A DNA stretch of 64,000 nucleotides from Somniosus microcephalus (taxonomy: Eukaryota): positions 79,794,001-79,858,000 of the forward strand of contig CM126221.1 of NCBI GenBank assembly GCA_052327205.1, given 5' to 3'. Of this stretch, positions 45,706-60,165 are shown piece by piece. Numbering within the stretch: position 1 is the first letter of the stretch; every line of letters begins with the position of its first letter. The notes under the pieces were generated by a model. The model worked only from the letters and a program-made list of their open reading frames with translations, was not told the DNA's origin and made no database searches. Made by a program: the position numbers and the translations under genes.

Positions 45706-48356
45706 CCGAAAGAAGCAATTTGAAAGATTTTTTTAAAAGTTGGATGCAAAGGAAAAGAATGAGATGAAAAGTGAACCACAAACGGAATTGGTAATTTATT
45801 TTCAGTTAATGTCTTTGCCATACAGGAGTATTTTGGGATAATTTTTTACTCTGATAATGTTTCCGTGTCGTCCGGTATAAGCCGAATACTTAGAAAACTG
45901 GCTGGCCTGAGATATCAATATCCAGAACAGGATAGTTTTGTTAGAATTCTTACATTTGGCAGAGCAATCAGAATGCTACATATGATTCAAGTGAACTTAG
46001 AAAATAATTTTAAATCTTTATTTAGATGGCAAAGTTTCATGCATTGATGGTCTAGAAAATGCACTGGTGACTATTTTGAAGAGGTTGTCTATACACTGTC
46101 CTTCTGTGACTGGCTACTGTGTGCGTTGGTGATTTGTAAATCGAGCGTTACTTCCACTCGATCTCTTTGTTCTGAGATTGTGGGAGTGTCTTGGTTCTAT
46201 TTGTTTGTTGCTCCAGGTGATCTAGTGTGTGTTTGAGTCATGTGGCAAGTTTTCCTCTCGCTGGTTGCACTTGCAGCCTAGTGAAGCCAAAATGCAAATG
46301 AAGACTAGGATTCTACCCGTGGTCTCCTGTCGAGAGGCCAATGCGGTTGTTGTATTGCTCCAGTCGGATAAGGAGTAACATTTTCAAAGTGAAGTTAGCG
46401 GGAACTGTTTGCTCGCATTGTTGCAAAGAATGGGAAGGCAGTGTTTTGTGCAAGTATCTTCTAACGTTAAGTATTGCTCCTCAGCATCCTACTGCTGGTT
46501 AGCTGTTCAGTGATCGAGGAATGCTGACCGGGTTTCTGTTAAACTGTAGCTGGCGCAAAGCAAAATGAAGGGCTGCACTTCTTGGAGGTCATCTCACTTG
46601 GGCCCAGACAGTCCCAGCAGCTCTCGGGTGCTGAAATGTTGGTGTGGCACTCACTCCAAATGTCCAGTATTAGGAAAAGGCTCGAGTATTGCAGCTGCCA
46701 GGGCCACTTTAACCCAGTTTTTAATTGAGAAGCCTGGTTAAGGTGTAGGAATTGCTTTGCTGCCAACAAAAGTGAATCAAATGAATTATAGTTATTTTCA
46801 GTTTAGTGTAAAAACAACGGCTAATTCCTCAATGTTAGTGTGCAAGGAAGGATGGGTATTTATGGTGTGAGAACCGTTGCTGCAACTGCAGATTTAGAAC
46901 ATTTAGATACCTTGTTTGATCACTCACTTGCAGCAGTTTTACATCTTTACCCAGCTTGTTGGTAATGGGAATGAAGGCTATCCTTGAATTGACTACATGT
47001 AATTGGAAGAAACCTCCCATTGGTTTCGTTAGAGCTGTCAACTGTTGGTGCAAAAATAACATTGGTTGAATCAAACCTGTCAACGGCTAAAATCTGATAC
47101 CTTCAATCCTCTGACTCTTTTCAGATTTCATGCACCTGTGCTAAGTTTACCAAATGCGATTTGATTTTGATCAACTGAAGTATGTACTTTTGAGAATAAC
47201 AGCATGCAAAGAGAATTTAAATCTCTGAACTGCATACGTTTGAAAGTCTTTTTGTCCTAGTTAATGACGTTTCTGAATCTGCCAGTCTCAAATACTGTAT
47301 TACTGAAAATATACTGGCAATATTAAAATGGCCAAATAGGGATGGCATTTTTTTTGATAACTTGCTAATGCAAATAAAAATCTCTTGCCAGGTACATTTT
47401 TGCTGTAACGCCCAGGTTGCATTCATACAGATATGGTAGCGCAAACAAAAGCCTTTTGTGATGGTCACAATAGATTGGTTATTTCACTGTCATCCGTTTA
47501 AAAATTTACATATCTGGGGTAAGCACTGAATGCTGATTATTGAAAACAATTCCTCATTGTATAACCTGGTATGCAGAATTAATATTCATTTTGTGGTAAA
47601 TTGTGCTATAAACCAAGATTCTGTGATACAGCTATGTTTGTGACATCCCTATTACAAGGTTGGCTACTACAGTATAATTTCTGTACAACATTCATCGATT
47701 GGAACAAAATGGCACGACTGGCAGTTTTCTTCCTGAACTTTAAAAAAAAATTATTGAAAATTATCCAAAAAAGATGAGACAAAATATACCTGGTGCCGAA
47801 CTATCTACCTCAACTAATATTTATGAACAAATGCAGCAGGTGGCACAGTTGTGCTGTGACCTGTCCAATGTGACACTAGCACTTTGTCATTGGCTACTGA
47901 TTAGTTCTAACCACTTATTTTTCCTTTTAGCTTAAAAAAAAACCCCAGAAAAATATTTAAGTTGGAGAGTTGTGTTTGCAAGGTAAACAATGGGCTGTAG
48001 ATGATGAGAAATTTCTTTGTATTGCTGTTACTAAATACTCTGGTAAATAGCCACAAATTGTGTATCTGTTCTCGCCTCTCATGTTTTAACAAATATCCTT
48101 TTGTCACCTGACTATCAGGGAAGCGTGGTTGAGACTGGCCCTGACCTGTTGTCATGACACCAACATCCTAGGTGGGGGCTGGACAGGAAGCTGCTGTTGG
48201 AGTTTTATGGTAAGACAATTTCTGTGCCAAGTTTTTCCCAACCTACATAGTATGTTTTGGCATCTCATCTGGAAATAGACCTGGGAATTAGTGTCTGGTT
48301 AACGTAGTGAACATTTCAAATTGGGGGGGAAAAAAGTTACACCAATTTTTAAAGAT

Positions 48357-48579
48357 TAAAGCAAAATCCTGCGGATGCTGGGAACCTGAAATAAAAACCG
48401 AAAATGCTGGAAACACTCAGCAGGTCAGGCAGCGTCTGTGGAGAGAGAAACAGAGTGAACGTTTCAGGTCAATGACCTTTTTGGTCAGAACTAATGAAAG
48501 GTCATCGAGCTGAAACGTTAACTCTGTTTCTCTCTCCACAGATGCTGCCTGACCTGCTGAGTATTAACAGCATTTTCTA
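48357..48579. mobile_element. Second palindromic Penelope-type element; candidate 10-bp TSD
   Basis: Arms ctcagcaggtcaggcagc...gaaacagag and ctctgtttc...gctgcctgacctgctgag; ttttaaagat at 48347-48356 and 48580-48589. Confidence 0.7.
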
Positions 48580-51500
48580 TTTTAAAGATAATGTGGCCAT
48601 CATTTTCTGTAATTTCTTGGAACACTACACTATTTAATTAAGGAAGTTTACTTCACTGAATAACAGGGGAAAAATTGTTTGATTTGGACCCTTTTTAAAT
48701 GGTGTTTCTAAACAAGATTGGAACTGCATGTTTTTGACCTATATTTCTGTATGTGAAATATGGATGAATTTTGTGCATCTGTTCCTTTAGATAAGTATTT
48801 GTGCTCCAAGACGAGGAATGCTGAAATCCAGAACCTTAAGTCAAAAAAACTGAAACAAATAGTTCTGGATCACGGGAGTGATAAAAGACTAAGATAATTC
48901 AGGGGGCTGGATATCATCCTGTCCAATTAATGTCTGTGCAAGTATTACTAAGTGTTGAGGAATGAACCTGGAGTTCTGACATGGGATTAGAGCCTTGAAA
49001 TCATTCTTTTCTATCATAATATATCCTGGGCATTCTTGTTTATCATTCAGTATATTAACCATATATTTGGTTGATGCACTGTGCAGGTCTCGGTGGAAAG
49101 CAGCAGCAGATGGTACAGTTTGTTCTCAGTGTATGAGAAGATTTTGATCTAATTGCTGGAGATTTACAGATAAATATTCTGAAGTTAAAGTATTTTTATG
49201 TATATCTTTATGCCCAGATTTAGCATGTTTTGACTGAAGTTTCTTGTTCAGTTTTTACTAATCTTTGCGGATAAATTCCAATGTTTTGAAATGATTCTTG
49301 AGCAATTCTCAACTGATTTTCCACAAAAAATGGACGGACTTGCTAATCTCTACCATCTAACAGTTGCCTCAGCAACTTGAAACTTGGTTCTGTAGGCTGC
49401 TTTCAGCTGGTTTGTATAACCTACATAAAATAAAATACAGTATATTAATAACCTGGAAAAAGAGACTAAATTTAAACCAAGATCTGTCGCTAATTAACAT
49501 TTTAAAAGTACATGGGATTTGCCAGGTTTGAGCTGTTTTGAATTTTCCATAATATATATATCCAACAAACGATATAAAGCAAATGTCCACTTTGAAGTGG
49601 GAAGGATTATATGTCTCTCAATATTGAGTTTCCCTTTCCCTAAAAGTTGGGAGCATGGACAATAGCATTGTATTTATTACAACTATCATGCATTATTGCT
49701 CAATAACCATTAAAGAGTGGTTTTACCCTGTGCATGATCTGCAACATTAAAATTATTTAAAAGATTAAGGTTTTTTCTGGAAAAAGAAACTATCTGCAAG
49801 ACAGGTAATTTTCTAAACCACGTGTAAGAGAGAGCTCATTTTTCGTACTTGCAATCTTTTTTCCACTAGTTTTGACTTTTTAAACTATAAAAAAAAAACA
49901 CATACACGGCTAAATCACCATGTAGCGAACTTCAAAGTTGGTGCCAGCTCTCAAACTAGATCACGTGACCAGACACTACAGAATATTTATCATCATCCCC
50001 TACTAGTTTTAAAATTGAATTTTTTTAAAGAAAACTTGCATTGAATGGATATCTACTATACCTATTGTGCACAGTGTGATTCTGTCTTTAATTTAATTTG
50101 ACTTAGTTTGAATTCTTAATGCCAAGTCCCAATTAAGAGTGAACATTCCCATCCCAGTTTAATGTAAAATAAGGCATGTTATTGTGTAATTTGTTAAGCT
50201 TAATCCATAACCTTGCACTTGTGTATATAGAGATTGTGCGAAATAAATGATCAACAACATACCAAACCCTAATTTGTAGCTATGGTTTGATTTGTTTTTT
50301 TTATGAAGTACAATTGCTGTGTTGCATAATCAGTTCCACGCCATTTCTCTGAAATCGAATACACAGACTTGAACAGGCATGTCCTTCCCAGAATGAACAT
50401 TGCTATAAGCAAGTGATTGTGAGAGAGAACTTTCTGCCTTTCACATTGAAGTTTTGCAATTTTAATGATTCCACGTTGAAAATGAGAGGTGTAAGAATCA
50501 CAAACCTTCCATGAAACAGTTGAAGGTAATAGACCAAGTGGCCAATGATTTGCTTGCCTTTAACTTGCTAAATTCTAAGTATTCTGTAACCCTTACTGAG
50601 CCAAACTTCCACAGATAAAATACTGTAGCCACAGCAGTAAAGCAATGAAGGTGAAAATCCCTGTGAGCTGAATTTCCTGGTTTGCCAAAAACCAAGCTGG
50701 ACAATTAATTCTAAATGATCAGTGGTGTAGTGTTTCTGGGTAAATGGCATTGACTGCAGGGGTGTATTTGTGGGTTATAATTAGTATTTTTGTTTTGTTT
50801 AACATGCACAAATGTGGAATATAGAAGGCCACTCAGGTGAGGATTATTTGTGTAATGTTATAGCAATTGCTGCACTTGGAAGCTACAGTCAGACTGCAAT
50901 GAATGCCCCATTGTTTTTACCATTGGCACTTCACAAGTGAAAAATTACATCACTTGGGATCCACAGCAGACCATGCATGCCATATACAGAGTTAGTCTGT
51001 ATTTTGCTGACATTCCTTTTGTAAACCTGTGGAGCTACTTGTTAAAGTAAGGAAATTCCATTTCTTCTACTTCCTACCATACAACATACATTCAGATCCT
51101 GTAACTTCACGAGGCGGGGGGGGCAGGGGGTCAGTATCCAGCAACTGATTACATTGGTATGAAACGAGAAGTATTGTGTGCCCTCAGGTGCTTACAACAG
51201 GTCAATTTTCTGGTCAAAAACCAGTGAGAATTAACAGCATGCTGAGTCAAATTTTTGTTTGCTTTCTGATGCTCACATTTCCAGTAAAATCAGGCCACCT
51301 TTGGAGCATCACTGTTTTGGTGTCGCTGTGTTTGACCGTATGGCCAAGATTAACAAATGAATTAGTTCTGTTCAATGCAGAATGATCTCCTAAAATTACT
51401 GAGAGACGGTGTGAAAATTTGATTGTGGACCAAATTTGAAGTTGATGTGGAACAAAACAGCTTCAACAAAAATTGTTCGAGTTGGGAATATATACTTTGT

Positions 51501-53074
51501 ACAGTTTTGTAGCCTTCAGCGGAAGAACTTTTAACAAATAAAATCTGCCAAAGTGGACTGAAATGGACTAAGTCATTGACCTGCTACACTTGGAACTTGA
51601 CTTTTACCATGCAGGCATGTTTGTTTTGATCGTAATAGATGCAGTGTGCATGAAAATGTCTCGATTGATCAAAACATTTTCACCAAATATTCTACTTGAA
51701 ATTTTAAAAGTTGATCTAGTATTTGAATCCCCTCTCTAGATCCACATACTGAATAGAGACCAGCTACCTGTCCACAGGAAAAATCACTCAACTCACAGTG
51801 GACAGCTCAAAACGCTTGCATTCAAAGGCATATATAATGTTGAATCCTCGGTTTAAAAAGAAACCTTTCCTTGTGTAAGTGTGCACTACAGTTTAGAGCA
51901 AAAACTGAAGATCTGAGGGATCTTTGTGTTGTATTTTTTGTGCTGCTCTGAAAAATGTGTGCAGAACAAGGTTGAAAAATTCCACAGAACGAGCTGCATA
52001 TAGTTGGAAATTAAACTTCATTTACTTTCACGTTGTAGCTAAACCCCCTAGCCGGTGTTGTAACTGAGTACATAAAACAACACTGTTCTACTTAGAAAGC
52101 TCTCACTGCAGCAATTGATCAGTTGATTTTTTTTTAATAAACGAGTTGTATCTGGCATGTTTAAGCAGATTCTGCATTACCTACTGTTGCCATAGAGTGG
52201 ACACAGTTCTTTGGAGCTTAATGGGTAAGTTTTACAGTCTCTGGTTATCTTTTGTGAATGTATCAATCACTGGTAATTACATAAATTGTGGATGTTTAGA
52301 AGACAATGTTACATTTGGGATCAATAAACAAACTTCATGTCTCCCCCACCCCTCCCAATTTTATCCCATTTTTGTTCCCTCTGCAGAAGGTGGTGATTTA
52401 TTCTGGGTAAAATTTAAGCAGCGCTGACGACCCTGCTGCTACCTCAACTGCGATTCTTCCTGAGCAGAGGTAATGTTGGCAGGCTGGGTGACTGGCGAGA
52501 TATCAAAGCCAAGCTTGGTCCTGTTCGCACACTTGCGGTTTCCAACAAGGGTTACCAGATAGTTATCCAGAGTGGGAACTCCAGCTAATTTATTTCCTTT
52601 CTCTAGCCCAGAATGCTGCAGTTAGTGATGGCATCCCCATCATTACTCTGACTGACATCTGCAAACTCTGCACAGATTGGGGATCAGACCTGGGATTTCC
52701 TTTCTCTATGGTTCAGCTACATTCACCTACATCAGGGAGCCTGCACATCACTTTTGGATAACGTTACAAATTTAAAACTAAGTTTAAATGGTTGGTTCTT
52801 TGAATTGCAGACAAACTGGATCTTGAGCGTTTGTATTGACAAAAACGTACTGTTTCTCTTTTCCAGCACCATACAGTGTGAACAAGGTGACATACATGAG
52901 CATTGTTTCCCCCTGCAGTAGATACCTGTGTAAGTACAGACTAATTATTGCCTGGCTAGAAATTCTCATTCACCTGTAGATTTCTAAAAGTGATTTTCTT
53001 TCCTCACTTCCCTTCTCTGGTTAGATTTGACATTTTAAGCTTAGATTACACTCACTAGGCCTGAAAAGTCAGGC

Positions 53075-54320
53075 ATAATCACAGAATAAGGCCATTCGGC
53101 CCATCGAGTCTGAGCTGGCTCTTTTGAAGAGCAATCCAGTTAGTCCCACTCCCCTGCTCTTTCCCCAAATCCCTGCAATTTTTTCATCTTCCAAGTATTT
53201 ATTCAGTTGCCTTTTGAAGGCTACTATTGAATCTGTTTCCACCACCCCATCAAGCAGTGCATTCCAAATCCTAACCAATCACCTTAAATCTGTGCTTTCT
53301 GAACATAAGAAATAGGAGCATTCGGCCCTTCGAGCCTGCTCCGCCATTCAATACAATCACAGCTGATCTGTGACCACAACACCTGCCCGTCCAATCCCCA
53401 TATCCCTCGAGTCTTAGTATCCAAAAATCTGTCGACCTCTGTCTTGAATATACTCAACAACTAAGCATCCAAAGTCCTCTGGGGTAGAGAATTCCAAAGA
53501 TTCACAACCTCTGAGTGAAGAAATTTCTCCTCATCTCAGTCCTAATTGGCCGACCCCTTATTCTGAGACTGACCCCTGGTTCTAGACTCCCCAGCCAGGG
53601 GAAACATCCTCCCTGTATCTACCCTGTCAAGCCCTGTAAGAATTTTATGTTTCGATGAGATCACCTCTCATTCTTATAAACTAGAGAATATAGGCCTAGT
53701 CGACTCAATCTCTCCTTATCGGACAATCCCCTCATCCCAGGAATCAGTCTGGTGAACCTTCATTGCACTCAATCTAAGGCAAGCATATCCTTCCTTAGGT
53801 AAGGAGACCAAAACTGTACATAGTACTCCAGGTGTGGCCTCATCAAGGCCCTATATAATTGTAGTAAGACTTTAACTCTCTTTTACTCCAATCCTTTTGT
53901 AATAAAGGCTAACATATCATTTGCTTTCCTAATTGCTTGCTGTACCTGCATGTTAACATTTCCCAGTTGCTCAGCATGTAAAAAATATTCTACTTGTCTA
54001 TTTTTCTTACCAAAGTGGATAACTTTACACTTCTCCACATTATATTCCATCTGCCATGTTCTTGCCCACTCACTTAACCTGTCTATATCCCATTGCAGCC
54101 TCTTTGTCGTCCTCACAGCTTCCTTTCCCACCTAACTTTGTATCATCAGCAAACTTGGATACATTGCACTTGATCCCCTCATCTAAGTCATTAATAGATT
54201 GTAAATAGCTGAGGCCCCAGCACTGATCCTTGCAGTACCCTGCCAACCTGACAATGACCCATTTATTCCTACTATTATATTACCCCCAATCCCATAAGCC
54301 CTAATTTTGTGTAATATATA
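53075..54320 (-). mobile_element. Two adjacent CR1 3' fragments
   Basis: ORFs 53069..53278 (RIWNALLDGVVE) and 53883..54131 (DIDRLSEWARTWQMEYNVEKCKVIHFG). Confidence 0.85.
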
Positions 54321-54779
54321 TTGTTCTATGCTTGTTTTTCAGATATAAGTGTTAATAGTATCTTGCCACAGTTTTGATGGTTTTCTCTTGTGGAAGTTAA
54401 TACCATCTCACCCGTTGGTTCCTTTTTTAATGTTTTAAGTATGTTTAATTCCAAAATCACTAAAGGTTGATGGTTGATTAGTCAGTTGCCTTATTTTTTC
54501 CTCAGACGCGGGGCAGGTGAAGTAATGACAACCTCCATTCATATAGATAGCAACTGTAGCATAGCGCAACATCCCAATGTTCACAGAAGAGAGAAAGGAC
54601 ACCGAGTTTTGATTACTTTTCTTTTAAATGACTGTCAGCAGCCCCATGGAGGGAGCACAACCCACCCCAAGGAGGTGGAGACCAATTTCATTCTCCCAGC
54701 TGCTTCCTCGGCTGTGATCAGTGAACTCGGCACAAACTGGGACCATTCTGGCCTGCAGTGTGTAGTGCGACACCCATTA

Positions 54780-55030
54780 GAATTACAGGAGGAGGCCATC
54801 CGGCCCAACGTGCCTGTGCCGGCTCTTTGAAAGAGCTCTCCAATTAATAGTACTCCCCTGCTCTTTCCCCATAGCCTTGCAAATTTTTACTTTTCAGGTA
54901 TTTATCCAATTCTCTTTTAAAAGTTACCATTGAATCTGCTTCCTCAACCCTTTCAGGCAGTGCTTTCCAGATCATAACTCGCTGCGTAAAAATATTTCTC
55001 CTCCTCTCCCCTCTGGTACTTTTGCCACTG
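54780..55030 (-). mobile_element. CR1 3' tail
   Basis: FTQRVMIWKALPERVEEADSMVTFKRELDKYL. Confidence 0.8.
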
Positions 55031-56947
55031 GGTTTGTGAATATGACCGGGTAGTAAGTCCAACGGTGTAGCCTCATTTGACAACCATATGGCTCCTGATG
55101 CCATTTTGATATGTCTGAATAATCTAATGCCCAGACCCTCTTGGTTACGATTCTCCGGTACCATTTTTCTAACGAAAAACATTGAAGCATTGCAGAGCTG
55201 TGACACGATCAAGATGATTAACTTCTTAAATTATCAGTGCAGGCTTGCCTATCAACTGAACCATTATATTAACGGCCTTGCAACTCATGATTCAAGCCAG
55301 TTATTTCTAATATGCGCTGCATATTTTTTGGTTGAAAACTTAAATCCAGCTTTACTTACTGGTAGTCCCAAAGGTCAGTGGTGTCACATGACTGGAATCA
55401 GGCAATAGCCTTTCCTGAGACCCGAGAATAGAGTTCCATATGGTTGGAAAAGGTGAAGGATGTTGGATAGACTTACTGTTAAGTCGAGTAAGTTTGACTG
55501 CCAGTGACCATTTATTTAAAAATAGGCTCACATTTCAATGTGATTTAATGAATTTTGCAGATATGTTCTCTGTACAGCCAAATTTAATGCAGGTTTTCCC
55601 CATATCCTGTTGTTTTTACAGCACTGAAACCTTATCTCTAATATTATTCTCATGCCTGATCTGTTGCATCTAAACTAGGCTCTGCTCTCAACTTGCTGAA
55701 TGGAAACGTGACCCAAGAAGTAAAGCGTTTTCACCACAGGATGGCACTCTGCATTCATCAGCTCTGTCATCTTAGAAGAAGTGGACCATTATAATTTTTT
55801 TAGAAAAGTAGGGGCTTATTATGAGTGGCTTTTAAACTTCAAGAACTTGGGTAGCTTTGGAAGTGCAATCTCTTTCCAGCAAAAGTTCCCTGTGTTCTGT
55901 AGATTTTTATTGTTGAGATGTTTACTACAGTTCAGTCTAAGCTGACAAATCATCTGATTAAATGACCAATTCCTCCTTTGCGTTGAGCTGTGCACAATTA
56001 TTTTCGGGGTTAGACAGGTAAGACCGATCCTGCTTGATACAGAAAATGACTTGTAGAAAATTCACAGCATGTGGTAAAGAATGAACGCGAGCATTTGTCG
56101 GTGCCTGATGCCGTACATTTAAACACTTACTCTTTGTACTGTCTTTAATAAAATGTTAATATACTGCCACAGTGGTCATGTTTTTCATTTTATACAATGT
56201 AGTCTAACATTTTGGGTGATTGTTTTCTTTTCTTCTGGCCCTCTATTTGCTGCTACTGGTCATCTATTCCTGTCGATTCCTGTACAGGAGCAGTTGATCT
56301 GTTTATGGTGGTGATTTGTTTGAGCATTCGCGCTAGAACATTGCTGTTGGGGAAATGGGCAATCTTGATGGTAGCAGCGGCTTGTTTCCATCCGATGGAG
56401 CTCCTGGCAGTGGAGGAAGCCAAGGAGAAGTTGGTCTTCCAGCTCCACTCAAAAAAGGCAACTTTAGAAAGATGGAGGCTGCATTACTAATGAAATAAAG
56501 GAATGCACACTGGATTGCCTGCATCACCTGTCGTTTCTCTTTCAAATTTGCACGATTCAGTTTTTCAAAATTTGATAATTGGCAATGTTTTCCCTGCTGC
56601 TGGCCAGAGACAATCAGTCATTGCAGTGAAACATGCAGTTTTCCCAGCAAAGTGAAAATATGTTTCCTGAAAGGTTGTGGATTTACTGCTAACAAGACGA
56701 GCAGAAAGTTGACACATTGCATTTTCTAAGTATTTAATAAGTTGTAATTGTATCAATACAGTTTATAGTTGACAACTTTCCGTCTCAAACGACGATGCTG
56801 TCAGCACTAAACTAGTTCCTTTGTCAAACCCAGACTTAAGCTGCAGTATGTCACATGACCCGTTTTGGCGCATAATTGCGAGCTGCTGTGGAAACCGCAC
56901 CCGACCCCCACCCAGCTCACACCACCGCTCGTCACAAAGGCGGCAAG

Positions 56948-56979
56948 AAAAGCCGACCGCACCCGGTATTCCCAGGCAG
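56948..56979 (-). pseudogene. 5S rRNA 3' fragment (inverted)
   Basis: Minus strand ctgcctgggaataccgggtgcggtcggctttt vs 5S CCGCCTGGGAATACCGGGTGCTGTAGGCTTT. Confidence 0.7.
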
Positions 56980-58470
56980 CCTTGCGGATGCGAGTGAGTG
57001 AAGAGTTGGGAGCGCGAGCTGGGAGTTGTAATTTGGGAGCAAGGTGGCGGAGGAGAAGGGAAGTAAGGGGAATGGGGCAGAGGCTGAAGCTGAGCCCGAA
57101 GATTGTGACAGGAGGAGAGAAGGCTTTGGTCAGCCCAAACAATGGAACTGCCACCAAGTCCCAGTGGCAGATGGAGCCTCGGATCAAGACTGCAGTGGAG
57201 GACAGCGGACTCTGCCCCATAAAAGGAAGTGAGGGGGGAAACTGGTCCGAGCGATGTTCAGAAGCTCGGGGCCACCATTTGGAGGAGATGTGAATTTGAC
57301 GGCAAAGGACAAGATGCGCGAGGTAGTCGGGGGGGACCAGAAGTGAAAGGAAAAGATTGCAGTAAAAAGTGGCCGGTCTGCCAGTCGTAATACAACGAAA
57401 GCCTTAAATCATGAGGTGTGCTTAATTTCAAAATGGCCATTGTACGTACAGTAAACCAGATGAACCAAATATCCCGGGACTGCCTGCATCACATGCTTTT
57501 TCCCCCACCTGGGATCGTGCCCAATTCAGGAGCCCTGCCAGTGGGATGTGATTTCAGCTCATTTTCTGTTGGGTTTCCCAGTTCAGTGCCATCTTGGGGT
57601 CATGTTTCTGGGTTCTGCTATGTTGGCAGCATGCACAGGGCTGGAGTGCCTGGGGGATCCCAGCCAAATTGTTTGGGGGGGGGGGGGGGAGAGGAATGAA
57701 ATGTCCTGTAAACCTCTATCCGGGGTACCCCTCCCTTCGTGTATTGCAGCTGCTAATGTTTGAAGTGCTGGGGGTTTGGGTCGGGGGCTGTTCACTCATC
57801 AGTACCTGACGTACTAGTGGAGTGAGATGTCTGGTGTTGCTATCTCTGGTTGGAGGCTTTACTGGAAGTTTAATCACTTGATGGTCTACCCACGTGCCAC
57901 CTGACCCCGAGCCCCCATTCACCATCTCCCGATTATCCCCTGAACCCCCATTCACCATCTCTCCCCCTCTCATTCCCCCCGTCCTGAGCCACCATTCCTA
58001 TCTCCAGTCTGTCCATAGTTTGTAATTTGTGACTGGTTTCAGGGTGCAACTGTATTACAATGCAAGTTATTTGGGTCTGTCAATAAGTCTCATTTTTGGG
58101 GTGTTCGTTTGTACAGGCTTTCCTGGAGTGGGGAGGATCTAAAGGATGGCATAGAAAGCCTATTTTCAAGGGAACTGAATTTTTCTTACTGCCGGCATTA
58201 TTTCCTGCTCCAAATTCTCAAAATACTTAAGTCCTCGTCACTTAATTCCTCCTAAATACAAGAACATGCCGCCTCCATTGCTAAACTTAAAGTCTTTAAG
58301 TTCTGATAAAAAAAATCTCTTGCAACCTCAATTTTTCCCACTTTCCTTCACCACCACATCCCACCTTTCAGTTTTGTAACCTGCTTCTCCGGAGTCAAAA
58401 ATACATTTTAAATACTAGCAGAAAGGGAGTGAGAACTGTAAGCCTTTAAAGGGAATGCCAATTGGCTGAT

Positions 58471-58853
58471 GCCTGTGGCCACACTACTGTGAAAGCGCCC
58501 GATCTCAGAAGCTAAACAGTGAAATGGGAGAGCGTTTGGTCTCCCATCCGGCCTCGGGTGACTGTGGAGTTTGCACATTCTCCCCGTGTTTGCGTGGGTT
58601 TCCTCCGGGTGCTCTGGTTTCCTCCCACAGTCCAAAGATGTGCGGGTTAGGTTGATTAGCTGTGATGAATTGACCCTTAGTGTTAGGGGGATTAAATACG
58701 TGGGGTTACGGGGAGATATGTGTTGGTGTAGGGGTTACGAGGATCGGGTGGGATATGTGTCGGTGCAGGCTCGATGGGCCGAAATGGCCTCTATCTGCAC
58801 TGTGGGGTTTCTGTGATTTCTGTGATCTGTGATACCGGGTGCAGTAGGCATTT
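58471..58853 (+). pseudogene. 5S rRNA pseudogene split by a SINE
   Basis: 5' part gcctgtggccacactactgtgaaagcgcccgatctcagaagctaaacag...atgggaga (58471-58531); 3' part ataccgggtgcagtaggcattt (58832-58853). Confidence 0.75.
58546..58831 (+). mobile_element. 5'-truncated HE1-like V-SINE inserted in the 5S pseudogene
   Basis: Near-identical to 15264-15544; tail of repeated ctgtgat units. Confidence 0.85.
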
Positions 58854-59319
58854 CTTGCCAGCAGATGCTGCTCTTAGCTCTGTACATGCACACTGCTGTT
58901 AATTAACAACTTTTGCTGCTTGCTCCTGCACACGCGCACACAGTCTGTCTCTCTCGCCTTCCTCCGCTCATTTCCTTGGGGCACGTTGACCTGCCAGGCA
59001 GGGCTGGCCCGCTGCCCGAATGGTGTCCGTGGGCTGCTTTATGGGAACATCTTGTGTTGTGAATAGGGCAACGGTGACTTGAGTTGGGGTGTGGGCTTGA
59101 GCTTTTAATAAGTAGCCGAGCGTGGGAGAGGCGGAGAGGCTGCTGGGTGATTGGGTGTATTTTAAGGCAGGGTTTTTGTAGCAATGAGTGAGGTGAGGAA
59201 TGGTGAAGCGAATGGAGTTTTGAAGGTTGAGGCAAGGAGAAGACAATGAAAGGCAGGGCTTGTAGTTTGTGTGTGGGGGGGGCGGTGTCACTGGTGGGAA
59301 TGTTGAGCATTTGAAAAAA

Positions 59320-59717
59320 GACTCGCATTTCTATAGTGCCTTTCACAACCTCAGGATGTCCCAAAGCACTTTACAGCCAATGAAGTACTTTTTGAAGTGT
59401 AGTCACTGTTGTAATGTGGGAAACGCGGCAGCCAATTTGCGCACAGCAAGCTCCCACAAACAGCAATGTGATAATGACCCGATAATCTGTTTTCGTGATG
59501 TTGATTGAGGGATAAATATTGGCCAGGACACTGGGGAGAACTCCCCTGCTCTTCTTCAAAATAGTGCCATGGGATCTTTTACGTCCACCTGCGAGAGCAG
59601 ACGGGGCTTCGGTTTAATGTCTCATCCGAAAGACGGCACCTCTGACCGTGCAGCACTCCCTCAGCACTGCACTGGAGTGTCAGCCTAGATGTTTGTGCTC
59701 AAATCTCTGGAGTGGGA
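59320..59717 (-). mobile_element. Deu-domain SINE
   Basis: Reverse complement of 31001-31357 and better conserved. Confidence 0.8.
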
Positions 59718-59828
59718 GAGGAAGTGAGTGCTGTGGAGAAGGGAGGGGAAGAGGGGGAAAAAATGTAAAGCATTAGAGAGGGTGATAGAACTGAGCCTTT
59801 TAACTAAACAGAAAGGCAGTCAGCCACT

Positions 59829-60165
59829 GCCTACGGCCGCAATACTGTGAGCGCCCCAGAATAGGGATGGCATTCACCCAGTTTTTGAAGTTCAATAGAT
59901 TAATACAGGTATATAGAACTTTAATATCTGACACTAATAGATGGTAAAGGAAATAATGCTCAGTATAACAATAATAATGTTAATGTCTTTTACCAATGAC
60001 TAATCCCTGTAGCTAATAACTGGTCAAGGAATGATCACTCTGTTGTAACTGTGTTTAATATTGAATAAATATTTTTTTAAAAAGCACGTCTGACTTCAAA
60101 CTAAGCTGAGACGGGCCTGATTTGGCTAGGAGACTGCCTGGGAATACCAGCTGCAGTAGGCTTTT
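59829..60165 (+). pseudogene. 5S rRNA pseudogene fragments
   Basis: 5' part gcctacggccgcaatactgtgagcgccc (59829-59856); 3' part cgtctga...ctaagc...cgggcctg...ggagactgcctgggaataccagctgcagtaggctttt (60087-60165). Confidence 0.72.

Noticed and set aside
56212-57293. ORFs of 92-142 aa as possible exons of a downstream gene
   Set aside because: No recognisable protein similarity or consistent splice pattern; part is explained by a 5S remnant and its spacer
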